Below are positions 54,554-64,000 of a stretch of 64,000 nucleotides of DNA, in pieces; the stretch's first letter is position 1, and each line of letters begins with the position of its first letter. The position numbers and the translations under genes are program-made. The notes beneath the pieces are model-generated. The model was not told where the DNA came from, searched no databases, and saw only the letters and a list, made by a program, of their open reading frames with translations. This DNA is from Eledone cirrhosa. Taxonomy: Eukaryota. The DNA lies in contig OZ024745.1 of NCBI GenBank assembly GCA_964016885.1, positions 41,540,001-41,604,000 on the forward strand, written 5' to 3'.

Positions 54554-57500
54554 TTCTTTATTTGCCACAAGGGCGCACAAGAAAAGGGGACAAAACAAAG
54601 ACATATGCCGGGGATTTTACATACAGTCGTGTAAAAAATATAAAACAAACAATTATAACAATCGAAATCTCCAATAGTGAGGAAGCGCCACAAATACCCT
54701 GTCGATAGAACAACCGTCAACTTCAGGAGCGTGTTGTGCAAGTGCTCCCTTCTTCCTTTTGCTCTCTTCTTTAACCTACAGGCTTATAAACAGAGAAGGC
54801 CCAATCACTCGGTTCATTTTCGCTTCATTTACCCACTTTCAGTAAATTTACTGGGGGTGCAGTGCCTCTCTCTCTCTCTCCACTCTGATTCTCCTTCTAA
54901 AGTGATACTTAAAGAAGAGAATCAATTGTTGTCCGGAGAGAAAGGCATCTGTCTTCTGTCCTCTCAATCTCGTCCACCATATAACCTCTTTCACCATAGC
55001 CACTGTACAGAGGAAAACCGCCTCTCTTTCGTTTTTGAAAGAGGCTGGCAGTTTGATCCTTACTATGGACTCGGCAGTCAACTGGATTTGTCCCATACGC
55101 GACAGCAGTTGTTCTGCATAGTTCCACAGGTCGGTTACACCCGGGCAGTGTACAATTGCGTGCAGGACGGTTTCAATGTCCTGCGCGCATCTTGGACACG
55201 TCCTCTTGGAAGGATCTCTGCCGGGGCGTCCGTGCCTATAGATCTTGTCTCGAACTGGTATAGCTCCTCGGTAGCACTGCCAGGCCAGGGACCTCTGGAA
55301 GTTGTCCATAGGTCCCGGCGGAAAGTCCTACCAAACAGACTGGTGAGCTCATCGTCTTCGACGCCCAGAGTCTCTCCGGGCACGTCGTCGCCCTTGTTAC
55401 GTACAATCCCTCTATAAAATGTCGAAGTGGAGTCTCTACTGATTGCTGTGCCCGCCTGCCAGAGGAGTGTGAGCGCCTGAGCGCATTCAATGTGCCAGGC
55501 GCCCATCGTTTTCCGTCTTTTCTTGACCCAGGACTGCAGCTCCGTCAGCGAGACGAGCTGCGCGAAAGCCTGTCTCACAAACGGTGCCCACACCTGTTGG
55601 GGGGTCGGTGAGGAATACCTGGAGATGCCGCAGCCACGGCATTCCCAGCCCTCCGTTGGAAGGGTGCTGACAGCAGACAGATCTCCTCACCAGCGGAGCC
55701 TGCTTCTTCCACAGAAACTGGAAGAGCATGCGTTCCATCTTGGTGAGGTGTTCACGAGGATAAGGCACGACAGTCAAGCGGTAGTAGATGACGGACGCTA
55801 TGAAAGTGTTCACCACCTCCGCTCGACCTTTCAAGGACAGTTTGCACTCTTCCCACTTCTAGGTGAGCGCGAACACCTTGGCCGTGACCTCGTTCCAGTT
55901 TTTCTCGACCTGGAGGTCTGGACCGAACCAGACCCCGAGCAATTTCACCGGTCCGTCCGTCCAGCGTCCAACGACGCTGTCGGACGTCATCGGTTTGCCT
56001 CTCCACGTACCGAGTTGCAAACCGACAGACTTGTCCGGGTTTAGTTTTGCTCCCGTCAGCGTTTCGTATTCTTTCAGTATGTTGCCGATCACCCCGATTT
56101 CCGAGGTGCTCGACACCATTACCGTTACGTCGTCAGCATAAGCCGACGCCGCTTTGCTCAGTCCCGGTTCTAGAAGGATTCCCTGCAACAGCTCCAATTT
56201 CCGCAGTAGTGGCTCTAGAGTCAATGCATACAGAATGGAGGGGAGAGGGCATCCCTGTCGAATGGAACGCGTGATTGCGAACGGCTCCGATAGGTAGCCG
56301 TTCACCTTGACCCTCGAGCAGATGCTGGTGTGCATCGCCTCGATCCAGCCTCTGAAAACGGGACCGAAACTGGCCGCCTTGAGAACCGCTTCCAAGTATC
56401 GATGGTCGACCCTATCGAATGCCTTAGACTGATCCAAATTGATCAGAGCCCCACCGAAGCCGGGTTTACTACCCACCCTCTCTATGATGTATCGCATGAG
56501 GTGGGTGTATGGACCTGGTCGGGATTGCACACGTTTGCGCTTTCCCTACCAGGTTCTCGACAAGCTCCAACCTCGTCACTAGCACCTTAGCCAAAATCTT
56601 TAACTCTGTGTTGAGCAGATTTATGGCCTGAACTTGTTAATTTCGTCCCCCTTGTTCTCGTCTTTCCTCATCAGCGTTACTACGCCCTTGCCTGCAGAAC
56701 TGGGAATTCTCCCGTTCTGCTGCCAATTGCAGTAGACAGCTTCGAGGACGCCAGAGAACAAGTCCGGCATTCTTATGTAAAACTCATAGGGTAGACCATC
56801 TAGACCGGGTGACTTGCGTTTCCCGCAGCGGCCCAGAGCGTCCCGTATCTCAGTGTCCGTGATCGGTCTTTCGCAGAACTCGGCGTCCGTGTTCGAGAGA
56901 CGCGGCAGGCCGTCGAGGTATGAACTAAAGTCCATTGCCCCGTTCGGCTAACCGTCATTCTGCTCAAACAGTCGCGCAAAGTGCTGCTGAAAGGCTACGC
57001 ACATTTGCTTGGGGTCAAGTAGCACGCGTCCGTTTTGGTCTTTCAAAGACCGAATCGTGGACTTGTTGCCACTTTTTGCCTCCGCTACTCGGGCCCAGCT
57101 GACAGCTTTCGCTGCTTCGTTTCATAGAGCACGTGTTTTGCTTCTGACCACACAGCCTTCGTGTTTCACATCGAAGAACTGGTCCAGTGCCGTTCTCGAC
57201 GCTAACACTCTAGCCGCGTTGCCACTTCTAAGTGCCTCCTCTACCTTGGCTACTAGTTCTCTTTCTATTCTGTTTTTCTCTAAGGCTAACTCTCTACTAA
57301 ACCCTATCGATTCTACTCTAATTGCTTTCTTGAGAGAGTACCACCATCTATTGTTGACGATGGCTCCCATTAACTGTTGCTTGACTAGTCTACTTATCCG
57401 TTCACTGTAAGATTTACGTGCCGGCAACGACACGTTCAACTTCCAGTATCCGGGTCCCTGTTTATGTGTTCTATCACGGTTGACTATGCAGAAGACTAAT

Positions 57501-60500
57501 TTGTGACCTGAATAGGCAACCATGTGCCTTCGTGGACAGTTTAACATCTCCTTGTCCCTTTCTCTAATGAAGAACCTATCTAAATACGATCTAGATGTCG
57601 CGCTGCGGTTTGCCCACGTCCACTGTGGTGCAGTCGGGAAATCCAGTCGATACCTATCGGCCCGTTGGAATTGGCCGATTAAAGTTTTGAGGCTGTTGCC
57701 CCCCCCCCCCCCCCCCTCTACTGGGACATGCTCCCACATAGTCCCATCGTGCATCTAGGATACCATTCCAGCCCCCTACTAAAAGTAAGGAGCGAGACGT
57801 TCACAGAAAAGACTCTAGACGCTTAAAGAAGTCTGGCCGTGATTGCGATTGCCCGGTCGGGGCATAAACGGCCACCAGTAGAAGGCTCCAGCTCCAATAC
57901 TGTTCACGTCTAGGACTACCAGTCTACCCTCCGGGTCCAAGTGTACTTGCTGTACTTCGACGTCCAGGTTCTTCCGAAACATGACAGCCACTTCCCCTCC
58001 ACCTCCTGGCTGACAGAGAGATGCATATATCTCAAAGTCGTCGAAGATGGAGGTTAGTTGCTGTCGTTGTGGATCCTGGACTCGGTGATGGCTATCACAT
58101 CCATACCGTGTGACCTAAGGTCGTTTAAAAGTTGGCCCTGTTTCCAGGGCATCCCTAGACCACGCACATTCACGCTTCCAACTCGTAAACTAGCCATGTT
58201 GGTGAAGAAGAGTTGGAGAAAAAGGACGAAAAGGTGCACTTACCTTTTCGTTTCCTGGAGATCGGGTTGTTCAATCTCCACCTTGGGGTTTTGGGAGATG
58301 ACCTCCATCAAACTCTTGTTGTTTGTGTTGATGTATGCGTATTGTTGTTTGTGTTTTAGTTTGTTGTTCGTCCGGGAGTTTTCTTTTTATGGTGTGTGCT
58401 TGTGTTTGGGATAGTGTTGGTGTTGGTTTTGCTGGTAGGGGGATACTTGACTGTGGTGTTGTACATTCACACATCCAACTCTTATATTGGCCATGTTGGT
58501 GCTGAAAAGTTAAAAGAAGAGGAAAAGAAATCACTCACCTCTTCGTCTCCTGGGGACCAGACTGCACAATTTCCATGGGGGTGTTGGAGGGGTTGTTTGG
58601 TGGGGTGGTGGTCTCTGGAGGGGTGGAGACAGAGATGGTTGGTGGGGGGGGGGACATTTTAACAGGACTCGATTGTAGGTTTTGACGTAAGGGTTACCTA
58701 CGTCGTTAGGAAATTTTTCTTTTAACTGTTTATGTGTGTCCTAATCATTTTAAGATTAGGATTCTCCGAAGAGTATGTGAAAGTTTTCCCTTCGGTCTCC
58801 ACCGAAGGGTTTTTATATATGGTGTCTGTTAAAGTTTTATTGTTAGTATTTATGTAGGTGTAACATTTTTGTTGTGTTGGGTTGCTTTTTGTCTGTGGTT
58901 CTTGTGTGTGTTTACGTTTTGTAGTAGGTGTTTTGTTTTCAGGAGGGGGTGTTTTTGTTTGTGCTGTTTGCGTCGCTTGTGTTGGTGTTTGTGTGTTTGC
59001 AGTATTTTTGTTTGTGTTATGTCTTTTCTTTTTTCTTTTTACTGGTTGGAAAGGCTCTCCCTCATCGTCACTGGGTGACGATGATGAGGCCTCATCCGTG
59101 TTGTTGGCGAGGGGTACATTTTGGGGAGCTGTTATGTGTGTGGCTGTTTCTGGAGTTGTTTTAGGTGGGGAGGGGTTGTTTGTCGTTTGTTTTGTTGTCA
59201 CTATTTTTTATGTTGTTGTTGTTGTGGTGGTGGTGGTGGTGGTGGTGGTGGTGGTGGTGGCGGTGAGTGTTGTGCTGGTGTTGCAGGTGTTGGCAGTAGT
59301 GCCTTTTTTTTGGCTAGTTAGCCGAGGACAGGAAGCTCTCAGGTGACCCCTGCTTGAGCAGTGGTAACATGAGGGCTGCCTACCCTCGACCGAAATGTTT
59401 ATGTACATAACCCCATCCAGCAACACACGTTCTGGGATCCTAGCTATTCGTTCTGGTGTCATTTGGACAAGAACTTCCAGGCTAGTTCCGCTGAACAGGT
59501 CGCCGGAGGACTTGCCTACCGATATTATATAGTCTGTTTCGTGGTTTAAAAATCCACATAGTACCCACCAAATATCAATATTTGGTGTGATACTTTGGAT
59601 TTTTATTTTCTGTGTCCTTTTCCCCATGTAAGTGGGGGAAAAGGTGAACAGCGGTGACACAATTGGCGACACAGAATATTTCTGTGCCGTCAATTGGTCT
59701 TTCATTAGAATGGATAAACTCCCGTAGAGTCTACCCTTCTGAATAAAAGCAGTGTCTTTTAAGGCATTTTTTAAAGCCAACTCAATTTCGCCTTGTGAAA
59801 GTTGAGTCAGTTTTCGTGTTTTGTTTGAGATTGTTGTCCTGAAAATCACAGGCAGCTTCTCTTCGCAAATCTGGGGGAGAGTTTATGGAGAATGATCCGT
59901 TCTCCCCAAAAGTTACATATTGTCTGGCGTTATTCAAAAGCTCATTTGCATTTGAAATATCTACCGGAGTGTAGCTTACCGTTTTCTTTACGGTTTGCGC
60001 AAATGATATTTTGTCGTTTACTTCCTTGTTTCAGTTATTGGTCTTGTTGTTGTTATTATTGCTCTTATTGTTGATGTTGTTTTCGTTTTTTCCATTGTTG
60101 GTGTTGTTGTTGTTGGTGGTGGTTGTGGTTTTGTTGTCGTTGTTGTTCTTCTTGTTCTCGTTGTCACTGTTGTTGTTGATGGCGTTGTTTTGGTTTGTGC
60201 CATTTACAGTTTTCGTGTTGGTGGTGCTGGTGTTGTTGTCAGGGTGTGTTTTAAACATCTCGAAGTGTTTCAATGAGGCGGTGCGAGCTGATTCTTGGCT
60301 TGACAGTTTTACCGTCCCTCCACCTCTACTGTCTAATTGTTGGCTGACAGTCTTGATGTTGTTGTTGTTTTTGTTGCTGTTGTTGTTACTGTTGTTGTTG
60401 TTGGTGATAGCAGCAGGCAGGCAGCCTTCACCTGCTACTAGTACTGTGGAAGGTGAGATTAACAGCCCATCTCCACAATTCTCTGATGTGTTTTTTGTGA

Positions 60501-60582
60501 AGATGAGGTCAAAGAATTTGGCCATTTTGGCTATATTCAAAATTCCGGTAGAAATTTTGTGGAATTTCTCCGTTTTTCGCCT
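54554..60582 (-). mobile_element. Tx1-clade LINE copy B, near full length, frameshifted
   Basis: ORF1 has the knuckle CYHCSSRGHLRASC. ORF2 starts MASLRVGSVNVRG and has APE, RT (LDQSKAFDRV, RQGCPL, YADD) and a C-terminal CPRC...H...C. It ends GGCAAATAAAGAAA, with GATA repeats on both sides. Confidence 0.95.
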
Positions 60583-60594
60583 GATAGATAGATA

Positions 60595-61347
60595 ATTTTC
60601 TTTTTATTTGCCACCAGGGCATCAAAAGTGGGGCAAGTACAAAGGGGGGAGTTTACATGCAAAGGTGTCCTCAATATGGAGGAGGCAATAACAAGATATA
60701 AAAGTATAAAAATAAAATAAAATATAACAAAATAAATTTTGTAACAAAATCCTCAATAGGGAGGAGGCGCCTTGGGGGGTCGCACACACCCCCGAAAAAA
60801 AGTGTGCAACCCTTCTCCTCAGGAGCACAGAGAGGGGGTGCTCCCTTGGTCTTTCATCTTCCTCACCTATAGTCTGATGTAGAGTGAAGGCCCATTCACA
60901 CGGGCCATTCTCGCTTAATTTCACCCATCTTTCATAAAAACGGCTGGGATGCAGCACCTCTCTCTCCATCCTGATCCTTCTTCCGAAATGATATCGGAAG
61001 AAACGGACCAGTTGTTGGCCAGAGAGAAAGGTGTCTGACCTCAATCCTTTCAGACGCGTCCACCATACAACCTCTTTCGCCATGGCTATTATGCACAGAA
61101 ACACCGCCTCTCCTTCGTTTTTGAAGAGGGGAGGCGGCTTGATCGTTACAATAGACTCGGTGGTCAACTGGATCGGTCCCACCCTTGACAGCAGTTGTTC
61201 GACATAGCCCCACAGATCGGCAATGCCCGAGCAGTGTACCAATGCGTGTGCAACGGTTTCCTCGTCGCACACGCATCTGGGACAGATCTTTTTCGAGGGG
61301 TCCCTACCCGGGCGCCCGTGTCTGTAGAGCCGTTCTCGAACGGGCCT
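60595..61347 (-). mobile_element. Tx1 5'-truncated copy C (ORF2 C-terminus + 3' UTR)
   Basis: ORF 60622-61272 is homologous to 54848-55309. Flanked by GATA repeats. Confidence 0.93.

Positions 61348-61438
<91 letters not shown>
61348..61438. repeat. (GATA)n microsatellite
   Basis: Seen directly. Confidence 0.95.
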
Positions 61439-62489
61439 TATATTATATTATGTTATATATACGAACATATCTATGCGAATTTATACGCATACATACAGAC
61501 ATAATGGTTGCATCTCAGTTTAGGTAATTGCTATCTCCTGATCTTTTTCTCGTGTGTGGGTGGCACAAACGTGACATTTTAGCCCTGCTAAGATTCCTTT
61601 CTGCATATGCTGTAGCGAAAGAAAAACCAAAACGCCGTGCTCACACAACACGCGTAAGAGTTTAGATCAAGTCAAGTTTCAGTTGTTTATGTTGCTGGTA
61701 CTTCTTTTGTATTATGCTGATAATGTTACTGAACATCAGGTTCTGAATACAAAACAATGTACGAAATAAGGTTATCTAGCATTCTGGAGTTTCTTTAACA
61801 ATAGATCGTCGTCTTTTTTCTGCTCTCAGAAACCAGAACTTCGTATGATAGTTGTCCTTCTGTTAACTTATAGTATCCAGAATCATCTTCTGTATTTTTT
61901 AGCCTGATTCTGATGTTTTCTATTATATATTTCCTCTACCTACTTAAGTAAATTATGAAACCCCCTAGCAGTAAATCCTTCAAATTCAAATTCTTCCTCT
62001 ACATATTGCCGGAGTGAAATTCATCTATGATGGTGTTAATGTGAACATCACAAGCTTGCGATAATTCTTGATGTTCTTCTAAGTTCTTTTGTCTGCGTGT
62101 GTTTTTTTAAATGTCATCTTCTATCCAGAATCAGAATTTCTTTCAAATAACTTCGAAATATCTTAGTGTGGTTTAATTAATCTCTTGCGGGTTATAATTA
62201 TACCGTGGTTCGTTGAATGGATATTTAAAGTAACATTTAGTGACAAGACAGCAATCTTATTTTAACATCATTACAGACTAGTTGATTACTACCTTGGGGA
62301 ACAGGTGCAGCGTCGAAAATTTATAGCACCTTAACCTCTCTACTGAACATTTGATATCATCTTCCTGGCAATTAAGTGCAACATGGATGAAATGTGAGAA
62401 AAAAACAGCCATTAAAGAAATGCCTGATAGTCCACGATTTAAAGGAGTACGGTTTAATAATAATCCACTGCGTATATATATTTGTATAT

Positions 62490-62544
<55 letters not shown>

Positions 62545-62596
62545 GTATATACATGTAAATAAAAACACCCACCCACAGATACACACACACACACAT

Positions 62597-62648
<52 letters not shown>

Positions 62649-62859
62649 TAGCGAGAATCGTATTTCGGCTTTGGAATTAGCGAAAAACAACTTCCGAGAT
62701 GTGTGGTAAGCGCTCAATAATTCTGACGAACCAGAGCAACAACATACGTTAAAGGCCAAACACACTGAGACGATGGTTAAACCGTCATCCGCATAGCCAT
62801 AGAAACGACCAAGTAATCGGGTCAAACAAATAAAAAAAATGTGATTATATATATATATT

Positions 62860-63200
62860 AAGTAAGAATATTTTCGAAACAGCGAGTAGGTTTGAAATTA
62901 TTAGAAATGTAAGCTATCGCGGTATTTTGACTAAAGAAATTAAAGAAATTATTTAGCCTGATAGTGGGGTTAAGAACCCTCGGAGAAATGGAAAAAGATG
63001 AGTATTGACGTACATGCGAGTCGAACCCACATCTTTGGTTATCCGGACCACTGTGCTACCATTTACACCAACACATCACCCTGTGATGTGTTGGTGTAAA
63101 TGGTAGCACAGTGGTCCGGATAACCAAAGATGTGGGTTCGACTCATAATTTCTTTAATTTCTTTAGTCAAAATACCGCGATAGCTAACATTTCTAATAAT
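62860..63200. mobile_element. tRNA-headed palindromic element
   Basis: Inner arms 63018-63079 / 63083-63144 and outer arms 62897-62952 / 63145-63200, with (TA)n on both flanks. Confidence 0.75.
63006..63077 (-). tRNA. 72-nt tRNA-like sequence (pseudo-tRNA or SINE head; loop reads GGA)
   Basis: GATGTGT TG GTGT AAATGGTA GCAC A GTGGT CCGGATA ACCAA AGAT GTGGG TTCGACT CGCAT GTACGTC A folds as a cloverleaf with A and B boxes, and T5 lies 9 nt downstream. C33/T37 are non-canonical and stems have mismatches. Confidence 0.6.
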
Positions 63201-63216
63201 ATATATATATATATAT

Positions 63217-63452
63217 GGAAAGTTATATTTAAATTGTTGTGTTACAACTAGTAAATATTTATAACTGATATAAAAGCACTCGACAAATATTTGGAGTATA
63301 TTTACAATATTAAATAAATGGAAACTATATTTATAAAACCATATTTATTTCATTATATATATTTCAGGGATAACATATTAACAATATGCTATGCCTTCCT
63401 CAGACAAAATACAATATAAACAGTTTTATAGATAAATAGATTCGACATACCG
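63217..63452 (-). mobile_element. Hammerhead-containing PLE-like element, copy 3 (single arm plus tail)
   Basis: Reverse-complement homolog of 29005-29244. The hammerhead at 63346-63411 reads tattttgt-CTGAGGA-aggcatagcatatt-gtt-aatatgttatccct-GAAA-T-atat-A-TA-atgaaata. Confidence 0.85.
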
Positions 63453-64000
63453 TAACAACATCTACTTGCATTTGAGAAGGTTGATTTGGTTGTGACAAAA
63501 TTGTACACAGAAAGAAAGAGAGAGAGAAAGAGAGAAAAAGAGAGAAAAAAAGGAAAGAAAGACAGAAAACGAAGAAAAAGAAAAAGAAGAAATGCATGGA
63601 ACAAAATAGAGAGATGGAAAGATAGATAAAGAGAAGAACTTCATGTAAAGAAACAGAAAGAGATATATATATAGAGAGAGAGAGGAAATAGAGATAGATG
63701 CATATATAGAAAGCTAGGTAGTGGGACGACTGTTGAATAACGTATCAATGATACATTTATTTATTTATTTATTTATTTAGCTCTAGTATTAATGTAAGGG
63801 AGATATATGGAGGGAAAACCAGCTGTTATATAGGGAGAGAAAAAATATAGAGAGAGAAAAAAAGAGAGAGAGAAAATTCAAAAACATCCAGACACAGGCG
63901 AGGCGTACAAACCTCTGTTTTAATGTAGAGGTATTAGTATTCACAAAACCAGCCTCTGCATTGTAAATATCAGTATTCCTGAATGAGATATGTATCCACA

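Noticed and set aside
54677-55417. 246-aa plus-strand ORF and other antisense ORFs over the Tx1 copies
   Set aside because: Shadow ORFs of GC-rich Tx1 coding sequence with no recognisable motifs.
61700-62200. Possible LINE endonuclease relic on the minus strand
   Set aside because: Too degenerate to assign.
62716-62815. CTGACGA...GAAAC...GTA as a hammerhead
   Set aside because: No convincing stem I or stem II pairing.
63006-63077. Functional tRNA-Ser(GGA)
   Set aside because: No long variable arm, C33 and T37 instead of U33 and a purine at 37, and mismatched stems. Treated as tRNA-like only.

Overview
Eukaryotic, AT-rich DNA saturated with microsatellites. The SINE and repeat content suggests a cephalopod (Octopus-like) genome, which is an inference. 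I found no host protein-coding gene; almost all ORF-track entries are translations of simple repeats. The window holds: (i) four Tx1-clade LINE insertions (two long but frameshifted, two 5'-truncated), all sitting in (GATA)n tracts in the same orientation; (ii) R4/Dong-type RLE LINE relics and short RTE-derived elements sitting in (CATA)n; (iii) Penelope-like (PLE) pieces, including a GIY-YIG fragment and several hammerhead-ribozyme motifs; (iv) mariner and hAT relics, MITEs and many tRNA-derived SINEs; (v) a 1.24-kb degenerate TTAGGG array with higher-order structure and a 57-bp minisatellite. The most striking signals are these. A three-copy non-coding family carries a covarying hammerhead ribozyme, and two copies are ~180-bp-arm palindromes that encode the ribozyme on both strands. 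A tRNA-headed palindrome has the same PLE-like geometry. Retroelement families appear to partition among microsatellite targets (GATA, CATA, TA). All structures were read by eye, with no alignment or folding software.
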